64,000 nucleotides of DNA. Origin: Flaccisagitta enflata. Lineage: Eukaryota. Made by a program: the position numbers and the translations under genes. The DNA is taken from positions 22,444,001-22,508,000 of the forward strand of contig OZ231126.1 of assembly GCA_965153355.1 (NCBI GenBank), written 5' to 3'. The notes under the pieces are model-generated. The model was not told the DNA's origin and ran no database searches. It was given only the letters and a program-made list of their open reading frames with translations. Shown piece after piece: positions 41,676-56,758 of this stretch. The number at the start of each line of letters is the position of its first letter. Position 1 is the stretch's first letter.

Positions 41676-43042
41676 GTTTCAACACTTTCCAACTCGATCA
41701 CCACGGACCGACCGACGGACGGACGGACGGACGGACGGACGGACGGACAAAGCCTCTTATAGAGTCGCTAGTCCGCGACTAAAAAAATCATCCTCTAAGA
41801 GAACCATTTCTCTGCTGTTATGATGAACAAGGCCAGATACATGGCTACCCAAGTTGCCCGCGGGTGGGCAGGGGCCATATTTTAGGTCACCAGACATTTG
41901 GACAAGAGCGGTGAGAAAAAAATATTAAATGTGACTGGCCGACCAATGAACGGATGGACAGACGGAGGGACGGACAGATGGATGGACGGACAGACAATGC
42001 GGGGTCTAGAGTCGCGTAGCACGCGACTAAAAATTCAGTTTGTCCCCAGGGAGTTGGGGGGGGGGTAACGCAATGGCTGCCTTTCAAAATTTTTTTTCCT
42101 TTTGGGCAGCGGCCCCAAAGGGGTCAATGACCTATGCTGGGATTTGGGCCTCAAAGATGGACGGTGGAGGAGGAGGAGGAGAAGGTGAAAATTCTCCTGT
42201 GTGAAAGCATAGGTCATCGACCCCTTCGATGCCGCTGCCCTGCTCCCAATTCAACTTCTAGCTCAACCTACTTAGGCAGGGCACGGGTACCGCTGACCAT
42301 CTAACGCTTTTGCTACTATTTAGTTTTAAATTAGAAGATATTATTAGATCCTTCAAATCGTCAATCATTCAAATTTTAGGAGTCATTTAAATCATTCTCC
42401 CTCAACATGATTTTTTTAGTTTATAAGTTCAAAAAACATAACGTATTTTACGATCTTGTTTTTCCCGCCTTGTAGCCAGAGAGAAATATCGCCCTCTTTA
42501 TTTCTTTCTCCCATCGGCCGAAAATGAGCCAAATGAGAGAAAGATGAGAGTCAAAATCTGCCATTAAGATCAGTTAAAATCCATTCACCGCCGAATAATG
42601 GTCCAACATCTCGCTAAATCTCCATCAAAAAATGTATACCTGCCATTAGACGTAATTTACGACTTATTATTTGGAGTCTCCAACAGAGAAATATAGGACG
42701 GAGAGGGGTTGGTAAGGACGGGGATAGATTTGCAAAACAGAGGAAGAAGAAGAAGAAGAAGAAGAAGAAGAAGAAGAAGAAGAAGAAGAAGAAGAAGAAG
42801 AAGAAGAAGAAGAAGAAGAAGAAAAAAAAAAAGAAGAGGAAAAAGAAAAAGAAGAGGAAGAAGAAAAAGGAGAAGAAGAAGAAAAAGGAAAAGAAGAAGA
42901 AGAAGAAGAAGAGAGAAAAGATGGAAAACAAAAAAAAAAGGGGGGGACTGAAAAGAAACTAACAGAAGGAGCATAATTCAACTAAGGAAAAGTGGGAGAA
43001 GAAGGAGAAGACGGTGAGAGGAGCTAGGAGATGGGTAAAAGA

Positions 43043-43437
43043 AAACAAGCCCAAGAGGGCAACAGTCGCGTGCGTCTGGAAATGACAGACAAAATGTTAA
43101 AAATGTCAGGAAATGTTAAGAAATGTTAAAAAATGTTAGATAATGTTAAAAAATGTTAAAAAATGTTAAAAAATGTTAAGAAATGTTAAAAAATGTTAAA
43201 AAATGTTAAAAAATGTTAAAAAGCCAAAAAAGTCAGAAAGTGTTAAAAAATGTTAAAGATTGTTAAAAAAGGCTAAAAAAATGTTAAAAAGTGTTAAAAA
43301 ATGTTAAAAAACGTCAAAAAACATCGAAAATTTAAAAATGTGACGGACGGACGGACCGACGGACGGACGGACGGACGGACCTACCGACCTACCGACCGAC
43401 ACGGCAAGGTGTAGAGTCGCGTGCACGCGACTAAAAA
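43043..43437 (-). mobile_element. HINE with internal 10-bp (AAAAATGTTA)n array
   Basis: HINE termini bracket a tandem AAATGTTAAA array at ~43090-43340, followed by (GACG)n. Confidence 0.75.
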
Positions 43438-44484
43438 GATCATTAAATGGAAGGAGTCAAAACCGATAAAGCAAGGAGGGAGGCAGAAAGCCATTACACC
43501 CCGGTCGGTTTTTATAACTCGACACTTAAGCGTGGCGTGGTTACGGCCTGCTTTACAACGTTTTTACTGTAATGACGCTATAAGGAAGGAGGATATATAT
43601 TACGGACGCAGCCGCCGCCACCGCCGCTGTCGCCGCTTCGGCTGACGCTGCGGTATTCGCCGTGCTGCCGCTCCTGCCGCTACAGCTGCTGCGACGACTA
43701 GGGGCGGGGCAGCTGCTGCCATTTCTCAATTCCAGAAAGAAAAAAAGTAAACCGAAAAGAAAAAGATAAAACGATATATCTTAAATCTACTTTCAAGCTG
43801 TTTTCCTAAAACTTTAATTTTTAAGCGAGTCAATATCGTTTTGTTTCGACGACGTTCTGTGTCAACATTTATCGCGTATTTTCTATCAGGCTTTATCGTT
43901 TTCTGTTAAACATGACGATGACGGTTCTTTTATTTTTTTTTCCTTTCCATCTCTTCTTGCTACTTCTTCATCTCTTTATCTTTCCTCCTTCGCTCCCTGG
44001 TGTTGTTTGAACGTGTTTACTCTTTATGGGCTTCTTGATGGGCCATGGCTCAGTTAAGGGCCTATTGGACTGTTTTCTTCAAGGGTCGTAGAATACAGTT
44101 ACTGCGAGCCTTAACGCCATCGGGAGGACATAAGGCAGAGCAGTTGACCGACATTTGCTCTTCCTCCTCCCCTTGACTCTGCGCACAATGATCCTCATCT
44201 CCCATTACGTTTCTCGTTAAATGTTACATCATGATGCTTTCTACAGAGTGTCTTTACCGGCTGCTGCAGCAATCTCTCTTTTCTCGCTTTTGCCCTCCTT
44301 CCTCCTTCCATGGTGTCAGACTCTCCGTTCTTCTTCTTTTTTTCCCCATCAACCTCTGATTCCCCTTCCCTCTCTTCCTAGAAATTCGCATATGTACCTT
44401 CACTTCTACCACAATTGTGCCACTTTTTTCGACATTGAATTTTTGTGTCTCATCGTCTCATCTGCTTCGCGACTATTACTCTTT

Positions 44485-45110
<626 letters not shown>

Positions 45111-46220
45111 GTAGCAACATAATCTCCATTTTCCGCATTCATGTCAATTTCGCTCCTTGCCTTGCATGTGTAAAGCATGTACACGCTAGTCTTTCAAACT
45201 ATGCTTACCATTAGAGGAGAGCCATCTCCGCATCTTTAAAAGTGGATCGTGACTCACGACTCACGACTCACGACTCACGACTCACGATTCGTGAGTTTGT
45301 ACATTGATTAAACCATTTTTAGTCACGAACTCGCGACTCTGTAAGAGACTTTGTCCCTCCGTTCGTCCTTCCGTCCGTCCATGATGCTCAAGCGGAAAAG
45401 TGAGAAAATGCGTATGCCGTAATTGTAAAAGTGTGTAAGTGTGAGTATGTGGAGGAAGGAGGGGTTGTAAGCCCCTGCCCATCCGTCCGCGATGATTTCA
45501 AGACTCCCGGGCTACTCGATTCTTTTTGAGAAATCATGATTTGGACAAAAGCTGTATCACAGTGGTAGTTATAATGCAACGACCGAGCATATTTCATCCA
45601 AGCCTACTCGACCACCTAAAACCAGCCAAATCAGCTATAGCTGGCGCACCAGCGTCTCAGATGGCAAGGTCTACATGGCGCAGATTATCCCACCCATGGC
45701 GTCTAAAAATATGGTTTGTGGAGTTGGTAGAGTTAATGTTCTCGAAGACGTAGTAGATCTGTTTTTACCCATGGTACACCATCGACCTCCTTACCCCCTT
45801 CCCCCCCCCCATTCTGTCTTTCATTTTCTTTTTTTTTCCCCAGCCATTCCTTCTTTTCCTTTTCTCCCTTCTGCGCTCCATTCTTTAAAGTACGTCGTAT
45901 TCTTTTTACGACATCGGGCCTAAAGTCATTTGTGGAGTCATCAGCTTAACGCAGAAACGATATAATGGCAGTCCTCTCTCTCCTCTCTCTCTCTAACACA
46001 TACACTATGACGGCAGCAGCTGGTGACAGAGCTGGAATGAGGGTCGTTTAACGGTTTTTTCTCCTTCGTTATATCCATCTCAATCTACTCTCTAGTTCTT
46101 TCTCTCTTCCTGTATTTTTTCCTCAATGCCTTTTTTGAAACCTTGATTTATTTCTTTTTCAACTTAGGCCTTAAAACTGACAATTTATACAGCTCCATTA
46201 CTAGAATAAGTGCGTCTATA

Positions 46221-46287
<67 letters not shown>

Positions 46288-46863
46288 TCCATTCCACGTT
46301 CGCTGCAGCCGCAGCAGAATGTCCATAATCTTCCTGTGCAGAAGCTGCCGTCACCGTTCCTGCCGCTGCTGAGACCTTTTTTATGTGAGGCGGCAGGAGC
46401 AGCTGCCTTTTCTCATTTCGGTGGGCGTCGCCGGTCCGTCTCCTCCAGGAGCGCTGCCTGTCTTATCGCCTGCCGTCGCTGGAACGTAAGACGGAGGTAT
46501 AGAGCGCTGGGAAGGGAAGGGGGGAGGAGGGAAATGGAAAAAAGAAGAGGATAAGAAAAACAAGCCCAACAGGGCTACAGTCGCGTGCTGCACTTAAGCT
46601 CTTCACAAATAATTGCTTAATTACATGTTTACATAATTGCAATTTGAAATTACCTTACACATGTTGGTAAAGCTATATTTCCTTCTGGACGGCTGACTGA
46701 CCAATGCAATGAACCGACCTACGTACCAAGTTCCTGACCCGCGTGCACGAGCCCTAAAAAGGGCGTAAACGCATCAGCGTGGTTTGCGGCGGTTGGACAA
46801 TGAAGAAGTGAAAAAGATGTAGAAGAAGTGAAAAGAAGAAAGGAAAAAGAAACAAAATGGAAA

Positions 46864-46894
<31 letters not shown>

Positions 46895-49371
46895 TGCAGC
46901 AGAGAAATGCAATTTACATGTGACCCGAAATTTTATATGGGAGAAATAACGATCGCCTCCGGAATCGGAAATGGCTCGGAAACGCCTTTGATAAAAAGTG
47001 AAATGGGAAATTGGAAAAAATTATGGGCTTCGGGGTATCAGGACTGGTGGAGCGGAAAGGTTACAGTCCTATGGACTGGGGTAGAGGGTAGTGGGTGTAA
47101 GGACAGGGTTTGTTTTGACTGGAGTTCGGACTGAGATAACGAGTGCAAGGACTTGGAACGTAGGAATAAGATAACATGGTAAAATAAGTTACTGAAGTAC
47201 TGAAATCAGTAAAATGAATAGGTAAAATAAGTACTGAATTCGTAACCTCAAGGATGTAGGCGACTAAAGTAGATATTTCAAAAAGAATCGTGTTGCGGGA
47301 ACTAGGGAGAAAGTATGCGGGTGCAGGATAGATGTGGCATTTAAAGCGATGTTAGTATCAATGACCTAATTTGCATAATGAAGTTTTAAGATTTCTGTTT
47401 TTTAAAAATGACCAGCATTTGAGCTAAACCCAATTGGAATATATGCTTAATATCAAATTGCTGTTTTAGCTAAGTGTAGGATAGAAAAAAAACTTCCTAT
47501 GTGTAAAAAAAAATCGTTTTAGCATTATCTGTTTTGAATTCTTAAAAAAGAGATGTTTACAATGTATGTAACATAGTGTGAAAATACATGAAGAAGCAGA
47601 AATCCTGCGCATTCCTCCCTAAGATAATCGTGATCCCTGAGAGAATGGTCTACCGCTGAACCTGGTCGTCGCTCTGCGGCAGTGCCATGTCGGCCGAGTA
47701 CGACGTATTGAGGACCCTAATAGCCCAGCTTGCCAATCGGTAAGGCCCGTACAGTTTAGTCTTGATTAATCTCATTATCTTCGAATGATGCAGAAAAATA
47801 TGATTGGCGTCATTTAAATGTATGATAAACTTTTTAGTGTAAATTCATGCTTATGTAAGCAACTAACCATGTTGGTTGGTCAGTCCGTCACGCGTGAGTT
47901 AAAAATTAGAAAATGGCCAAAATCTCTGCATTATTAAGAAATGAATCACCATCTTCAAGTTTGTCAATCACATGCATATGCATATTCTTCATCATTTCAT
48001 CTATTCATTCATTCGATATCGTCATCCCCATCATATTTTTCATTGCAGCGATATCCAATTGAAATGTATGGTCTTGGAACTTAAAAAGAAAAAAAAAAAT
48101 AAGCTAAAATTAGGTGTCATTGAGCTTAGGACGGATCAAACTTTATGTTTGATGATAGCTATACAAAGTTAAAGGTCAGATAGAGTTTAGAAAAAAAAAC
48201 AACGCCAGGCGCACCATCTCAGCCGTCATCTCCTGTATCCGGCTTTGGTTATCATCAATAATTTTGAAAACTTAATGTGGGTTGATTGTGCTCCTTAGAA
48301 GGTTTGAATGATCTACATGTCTGGACTCGAAATCTACCTATAACAAATATGGAATCCTGGTTTCTTTATGCTATTACTTTATTGCTTTGTGCAAAAAACT
48401 TTAAACGCTGGGTTAGTCTTTTGAATCCATAACCACGCGTATCAATAAAAAAGACGCACTTTTGAATGGCTTATTGTGGCAACAAATTTCAACCAGTGGC
48501 TGTCGCCAATACTGTGGATCGCGATGTTTAATTTTTTGTTTTTTTTTTAATTTTTTCTTTTACTATAAATTATTTTCATTTTTGATTTTTCATTATCTTT
48601 TTTTTTTGCATTTTCTTTTTTACTTTAATTTCTTTATTTTTTTCAAATTTTCAAATTTTCATTTATCATTTTTTTTTTCACTTTTTCAATTTTTTATTTT
48701 TTTACTTTTTCACTTTTTCATTTTTTTTATTTTTTTTCTTATAATATTTCATTTTCTACTTTTTTAAACATTTCATAATATGCATTAATACATATAAAAT
48801 TCAAATATAAAATATAGATAAAAAAAACCCTGAACTATAAGTGAATTGCTAAATTTGGTGAGCATTTCAAGTTCCATGGTATTCAATAGCTGAAATTTCT
48901 CTTTCTCTTTCTCTCTCTCTCTCTCCGTAGTTTTTTTTTTTTCTGTAAAAAGAGAGAACAAGCAACAAATTCTTATCACAGTCGACGTTGCAAATGAGAA
49001 TGAAAGTATCAGGGTTTTTTTTTCAGCAACGATGAAATATGAGAAAGACAGGTCACAGACAAAAAAAAATCAAGCAGTGGGAAAAAAACTAAAGGCAAAT
49101 TGAGATAAAGTTTAAGACATCTGGTGGATGAATTAAGACAAACTTAAACAAAAGACAAGTGAGGATATTTTTGAGATAGAAAAAAGTTATAGGATAAAAA
49201 AAATATGATCGATGATTGATGATTGATGATGAGGTGGAAAAAACAAAAGATTGACATAGAGATAAGTAGAGACATCTTGAAAGAAAAAAGATAAAACAAA
49301 CAGAAGACTAAGGTGAGGAAACATTCTGGGGATGTAAAAAATGAATGAATGATATAGATGAAAAAAATCTG

Positions 49372-50680
49372 AACAGTATCTGGGTCCGCGACGGAAGGGG
49401 GTTAAAGAATACCAATCCGTAAGATCGCTATGACCAAAAGATCGCTAACCCTGTAAGTTCGCCAAAACTATAAGTCTTTACATTTAGAGCCGCCATACAA
49501 AGTTTCATGCAAATCCGTTGAAAAATAACAAAGTTATGCGCGTTTTTCACTTTTAGGCTAGTAGGGTGAAGGTTGGGTAGTAGGTTGGTTTAGATAAATA
49601 GTGTGTGTGTATATGTTGAGTTCTTCCATTTAGAGACTCCATACTCAAGCCTTCAACTAATTTGCTGAAAAATGTCCAATTTATGTAAGTTTTTACTTTG
49701 TGGCCGGTAAGCTGGTTAGTGGTAGGCTGGTTTGGCTGGTTAGCATGCTCAAACATTAAATAAATCATATACATGTTAGTCCTCCATTTAGAGACTCCAT
49801 ATTAAATTTCCAAAATCCAACTGGTTGAAAACGCCAAAGATATGCACATTTATCACTTTTTGCTTGGTAGTATTATTGGGTGAAATAGATTTGACAGATA
49901 AAGAGGTGTATATGTTAGAGTTCTTCCATTAGGAGACTCCATACCAAGTTTCTGCCTCAAATTAGCTGCTGAAAAATGCATAAAGTTAAGGCAAGTTTTT
50001 CACTCTTAAAGGTCCACATATTGCTATGGTAGGTTGTTTGGTTAGTTAGCATGCTCAAATGCATATAATCATACACATATGTTGAGTCTTCCCATTTAGA
50101 GACTCCATACCAAATTTCAACTAAATTGGTTGAAAAATGCCAAAGTCATGCATTTTTTTCACTTTTTGGCTGGTAGGCTGGTAAGCTGGTTCGACAGGAT
50201 AAATAGTGTGCACATGTTGAGTTCTTCCATTTAGAGATTCCATACTGTTTCAACCAAATCAGTTGAAAAATAACAAAGCTATGCAGTTTTCACTTTAGGC
50301 GAAGGCTGGTTGCAGCAGGTCGGTTTGGCTGCTAGCATGCTCAAATGCATATAAATCATATACATATGTTGGAGGCCTTCCATTTAGAGACACATACCAA
50401 ATTAATAAATTGGCTGAAAAATGCCAAAGTTATGCACGTTTTTCACTTTTAGGCCGGTAGGCTGGTTGGGCCGGTTGGGTTGGTCGGATCACAAAAATCG
50501 GATAGATAAAGCGCCTTACCCAGTACAACTTCCACCAAATATGAACCAATCGTCAAAGCATAAAAGATCATTTTAAAACCGGGATTGCGACGACAAAACG
50601 ACGACAACGACGACAACGACGACGACACCCACCCGCCTTGAATTATAGTCCGCGTCGGAATGATATTCCGTCGCGGACAA
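49372..50680 (-). mobile_element. Complete Helentron-associated non-autonomous element (HINE; DINE-1/pearl-like) with central ~120-bp tandem array
   Basis: Subterminal IR GTCCGCGACGGAA (49384) / TTCCGTCGCGGAC (50666); terminal hairpin 50648-50678; (ACG)n microsatellite 50590-50627; repeated core CCATTTAGAGACTCCATAC...GTTGAAAAATG; inserted in an A-run without TSD. Confidence 0.8.
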
Positions 50681-51240
50681 AAAAGATTTACATAGAGAGA
50701 AGTGGAAACATCTTAAGAAAAAAAAAGTAACACAAACAAAACACTAAGGTGAGGATACATTCTTGGGAAAAAAAAGCTACAGAATATGATAGACAATGAA
50801 AATGCAAATAGCAAAAAGACTTTTAAAGTGATATGTGGCGACATCTTGACAGAGAAAAATAACACAAACAAAATATTAAGGTGAGTACACATTCTTGGGA
50901 TTGAAAAAAAAAATTACAGAATATCATAGATGATGAGGATGAAAAAAACAAAAGATTTATATAGAGATAAGTGGAGACATCTTGAAAAAAAAAATAACAC
51001 ACACAAAAGACTGAGGTGAGGACATATTCTTGGGATAAAAAGAAGAGCTTTGTAAAGTGAATAGAGCGCAGAAACGATAATGTTACTCCTATTTTAATAA
51101 CTAATGCATTTTTTGTCAACAAAGGATTTTGATTGCATTTTTACCTTTGTCAAATGTCACTTTTACTATTTGAAGAGAAAAAATGGCAAAAAAACATTTT
51201 TTGTATTGATTTAAGCCTTTTTTTATTGAATTCCTATTAT

Positions 51241-51880
51241 TTTTAAAGACAATAGTACTACAAAAATAGGCTAAACTAGCTATACTAGAATTATCTAGAT
51301 GATCAAATCTCCACTAGGACAGGTGTGCACTAATACTGAACTATCATTACAAGCAATATTTCCAAAAAATATACAGCATAAAATTTGCAACAGGGTCCCA
51401 AAGGAAACTCAACAGATTTTCAATGCATTTTTCTAGTACAGTAGGACCCCGCCTCATCGGTCCCATTGGGACTGAAGCTTTTTCACCTTTATCTCAGGGT
51501 TACCTTTAAAGAGAGGTAAAATAACATTGAATACTATCATTTGGGACCCTAAAATGTTAACCTTTATTGATGGGGAACCTTTAAAGGCGGGGCTGTTATT
51601 GCGGGGTCCCACTGTACCAACATAGTAATCTATTTATTTTTTATTAAATTACTATGATTTCTAAAGGCAATAGTACTACAAAAATAGGCTAAACTAGCTA
51701 TACTAGAATTATCTAGATTATCAAATCTCCACTGGGACAGGTGTGTACTAATACTGAACTATCATTACAAGCAATATTTCCAAAAAATACCCAGCATAAA
51801 ATTTGCAACTGGGTGCCAAAGGAAACTCAACAGATTTTCAATGCATTTTTCTAGTAACAACATAGTAATCTATTTATTTT
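51241..51880. repeat. Tandem duplication of a ~240-bp unit (first copy carries a MITE); diverged homologue at ~8085-8350
   Basis: CAATAGTACTACAAAAATAGGCTAAACTAGC...CATAGTAATCTATTTATTTT occurs twice. Confidence 0.85.
51439..51614. mobile_element. pogo/Tigger-like MITE
   Basis: TA-CAGTAGGACCCCGC...GCGGGGTCCCACTG-TA; the empty site is present in the adjacent duplicate at ~51851-51862. Confidence 0.9.
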
Positions 51881-52249
51881 TAAAAATACAGTAGATGTTA
51901 AGATTAAGAGTATATCTTTGTTATTTCTCTCAATACACTCATTAACCTCTGTCATACAACCTATGATTTACCCCTGGCCTGAAAAAAAATGCCTTTTGTC
52001 TAAGATCGATTGGTACTGTACGTTCCCGTTAAGTGGGGTACACAGCCGGGCCACTTGACAACACTCAGAATAACAGAATATGATTGATGGTGAGGATGAA
52101 AAAACAAAAGATTTACGTAAAGATAAGTGGAGACATCTTGAAAGAAAAAAGATAAAACAAACAAAAGACTGAGGTGAGGACACATCCTTGGGATGAAAAA
52201 ATGACTAAATGATATAGATGAAACAAACGATTTACAAGATTTACAAGTT

Positions 52250-54533
52250 CTGGTGAGTGAGGACATCCATTGAGAGAAAAAAAGACTATTACAAAGAAAA
52301 GATTGTGGTGAGTGAGGACACACTTTTGGGATGAAAGAAATTGTTAGGAAATGGTGATTAAGGACATTCTTTAAAAGAAAAACAAAAGACTATCAAAGAA
52401 AAAAGATCTGGTGAGGGGGGACTTCTTTTGAGAAAAAAAAAGACCACTACAAACAAAAGTTGTGGTGAGTGAAGACACACTTTTGGGATAAAAAAGATCC
52501 ATGGGAAATGATGAGTGAGGACATTCTTTGCAGAAGAAAACATAAGACTATCAAAGAAATAAGATCTGGTGAGTGAGGACATCTATTGAGAGAAAAAAAA
52601 AGACTGCAACAAACAAAAGATTGTGGTGGGTGGGGACACATTTTTGGGATGAAAAAAAAATCATTAGAAATGGAGAGTGAGGACATTCTTTGAAAATAAA
52701 AACAAAAGGCTATAAAAGAAAAAAGGTCTGGTGAGTGAGGACATCTATGGAGAGAAAAAAAGACTACAACAAACAAAAGATTGTGGTGAGTGAGGACACA
52801 CTTTTGAGATGAAAAAAATCCTTTGAAGAAGAAAACAAAAGACTATCAAAGAAAAAAGGTCTGGTGAGTGAGGACATCTATTGAGAGAAAAAAGACTACT
52901 ACAAACAAAAGATTGTGGTGAGTGAGCAAACACTTTTTAGATAAAAAAAATCCTTAGAAATGGTGAGTGAGGACATTCTTTGAAGAGAAAAACAAAAGAC
53001 TATCAAAGAGAAAGGGTCTGGTGAGTGTGGACATCTATTGAAAAAAAAGACTACTACAAACAAAAGATAGTGGTGAGTGAGGACACACTTTTGGGATGAA
53101 AAAAAATCCTTAGAAATGGTGAGTGAGGACATTCTTTGAAGAGAAAAACAAAAGACTATCAAAGAAAAAGGGTCTGGTGAGTGAGGACATCTATTGAGAA
53201 AAAGACTACTACAACAAAAGATAGTAGTGAGTGAGCACACTTTGGGATGAAAAAAAATCATTAGAAATGTTGAGGAGGACATTCTTAAGAGAAAACAAAA
53301 GACTATCAAAGAAAAAGGTCTATGAGTGAGGACATCTATTGAAAAAAAAGACTACTACAAACAAAAGATAGTGGTGAGTGAGGACACACTTTTGGGATGA
53401 AAAAAAAATCCTTAGAAATGGTGAGTGAGGACATTCTTTGAAGAGAAAAACAAAAGACTATCAAAGAAAAAGGGTCTGGTGAGTGAGGACATCTATTGAG
53501 AAAAAAAAAGACTACTACAAACAAAAGATAGTGGTGAGTGAGGACACTTTTGGGATGAAAAACTTAGAATGGTGAGTGAGGACACTTTTTGAAGAGAAAA
53601 ACAAAAGACTATCAAAGAAAAAGAGTCTGGTGAGTGAGGACATCTATTGAGAAAAAAAAAGACTACTACAAACAAAAGATAGTGGTGAGTGAGGACACTT
53701 TTGGGATGAAAAAAAATCCTTAGAAATGGTGAGTGAGGACATTCTTTGAAGAGAAAACAAAAGACTATCAAAGAAAAAGGGTCTGGTGAGTGAGGACATC
53801 TATTGAGAAAAAAAAAGACTACTACAAACAAAAGATAGTGGTGAGTGAGGACACACCTTTGGGATGAAAAAAAATCCTTAGAAATGGTGAGTGAGGACAT
53901 TCTTTGAAGAGAAAAACAAAAGACTAACAAAGAAAAAGGGTCTGGTGAGTGAGGACATCTATTGAGAAAAAAAAAGACTACTACAAACAAAAGATAGTGG
54001 TGAGTGAGGACACACTTTTGGGATGAAAAAAAATCCTTAGAAATGGTGAGTGAGGACATTCTTTGAAGAGAAAAACAAAAGACTAACAAAGAAAAAGGGT
54101 CTGGTGAGTGAGGACATCTATTGAGAAAAAAAAATACTACTACAAACAAAAGATAGAAGTGAGTGAGGACACACTTTTGGGATGAAAAAAAATCCTTACA
54201 ATGGTGAGTGAGGACATTCTTTGAAGAGAAAAACAAAAGACTATCAAAGAAAAAGAGTCTGGTGAGTGAGGACATCTATTGAGAAAAAAAAAGACTACTA
54301 CAAACAAAAGATAGTGGTGAGTGAGGACACTTTTGGGATGAAAAAAAATCCTTAGAAATGGTGAGTGAGGACATTCTTTGAAGAGAAAAACAAAAGACTA
54401 TAAAAGAAAAACGGTCTGGTGAGTGAGGACATCTATTGAGAAAAAAAAAAGACTACTTCAAACAAAAGATAGTGGTGAGTGAGGACACATTTTTGGGATG
54501 AAAAAAAATCCTTAGAAATGGTGAGTGAGGACA
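52250..54533. repeat. ~158-bp satellite made of three 45-58-bp subunits, each starting GGTGAGTGAGGACA
   Basis: Marker ATCTATTGAG recurs at 53491, 53642, 53798, 53957, 54116 and 54274; about 14 units. Confidence 0.95.
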
Positions 54534-54772
54534 GAAAAAAGGGAAGGAAAATAAAAAAAAAAAAAAAAAAAAAATAATAATAAAAATTTACCCAGGACTA
54601 AGTGGATCTTGCTTCGCTGCGATCCACAATAAAACCATATCAAATCCTAAACCATGAGAAAGCCCTTTGAAAATACTTTCATATGGCTTCAATCTGGTAT
54701 TACTATCTTTTTTCGTTTGGAAATGGCATTAGTCAGCATGAAAACTTTGCCTTTTCATTTTCAGGATCCCTA

Positions 54773-55541
54773 CAGTATGATTGTTTTCGTTTGTAACATT
54801 TCATGACAACATAACTTGAAAACTTGTTGAGATAATCATATTCTGAAAAAAGGTAGTGAAAGATATTTAAAATACATTTAATGATATCAAAATCCCAAAA
54901 CTTTTCAACAAAATTTTGATCCAGATTTCTTACTATTAGTTATAAGGCATATTTGGCTGAAATAAACTGTTTTTCATGTTTTGAAATAAACTGTTTTTCT
55001 TTGGATTGCTCTTATTTCTAAATGATTTGACTTACAAATACTAGGTTGGTTTCAAATGAAAGATGATTTGAAGTAGTTTTAGAAAATAAAAAGAAAGAAA
55101 CCGTTTTGGAAAAAAAAACATGAAAGAAATGAGGTTATTTTTAAAAATCTAACAAAAATACCTGCCTGTATGTAATAATTTGTATACAAAACATCATATC
55201 AGTGCTTACTTCTCAGATAACCTTAAAACTAGATCAAATTATCTTTCATTTGAGACCAATCTGGCATCTGTAGCTCAAACAGTTAAGAAATGAGAACAAT
55301 TTAAAGGTAACCAGTCCATCTGTTAAATTTTCCCAAATTTTTCATTTTGACAATTTGTCAAGTTGGTCCTGTATTTCATTTTTTCATGAGAGAATCAAAT
55401 TCTTTTAAGTAGATCCTTTGATTGATATGTTATAAAATGTATTTTCATAGTCTTTTAGGATCTTTTTTCAGAATTCAATTATTTCAATTACTTTAAGAAT
55501 TACATTGTCATGAAATGTTACAAACGAAAACAATCATACTG
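54773..55541. mobile_element. Tc1/mariner-type MITE
   Basis: TA TSD; perfect TIR CAGTATGATTGTTTTCGTTTGTAACATTTCATGACAA. Confidence 0.85.
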
Positions 55542-56476
55542 TATATAAAAAGTGCACTTTAGCAAAATAAAGCTTTTGTTTGGAAGGCTCTAGCTCCTAA
55601 ACCATTTGAGATAAAGACCTGGGATTGGTCTAGATTGAAATATTTCTCAAAAATCTTCGAAAATGTCTCAAATAAAAAAGAATTTTAATTATTTTTTGTA
55701 TCTGTTTTATCAATGAAAAAAAAAAAGTCCGTCTTTTTTTGGATACGCGTGGTATTGCGGAGTTCAACAATAGCAAGAACCGTGGCAATTTGCGCAAAAC
55801 GGGCCTTCCAAAACCGAATTGCGCTGACAACTAAATCACGTTTTGCCCACGACAGACTATTTGTCAGTCACTCGGGAGGGTCTATGGTATCATGAAAAGC
55901 TCTCTGGCTCATGCGCAGAATATCTCCGGTTACCAAAGCTGTGGAATGTACTCCAAGGAGCGTAGTTTTGACCCAAATAGGAGTCGGGGTCGTGGGTTGA
56001 TTAGTGGTGGGATGAGATGGAGATCAAAGGAAATCGATGCTTGGCCACTAGAAGGAAGGAAAAAAGAAAGGAGAAAGAAGGAGGAAAAGAAAGGAGGAAA
56101 TGGCGAGATGGAGAAAGGAAAGAAGGGAGACAAAGGTGGAGGAATGGATAGAGTAGGTATAGAAGAACGGGAGGTAGGAGTATGAGAAAAGAGAGAGGAA
56201 GGAAGGAAGGAAGGAAGGAAGGAAGGAAGGAAGGAAGGAAGGAAGGAAGGAAGGAAGGAAGGAAGGAAGGAAGGAAGGAAGGAAGGAAGGAAGGAAGGAA
56301 GGAAGGAAGGATGGAAGGAAGGAAGGAAGAGAGGTAGGAAGAAAGTTAGAAAGGTTGAAAGAGGAAGGGGGTAAAGAGTAGCTGGGAAAGAAGGAGAAAA
56401 GGATGATTATTGAGTCACGAAATTGCTGAATGGATATCGATGGGGGCTCCTGCGTCAGTTTGAGACCTGCGGCAAC

Positions 56477-56650
<174 letters not shown>

Positions 56651-56668
56651 GAGTTTTTTAAGTGTGAT

Positions 56669-56758
<90 letters not shown>

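Noticed and set aside
52250-54533. CRISPR-like repeat-spacer pattern and Cys/His-rich ORFs
   Set aside because: The spacers recur with period three, so it is a satellite; ORFs shift frame with A-run length.
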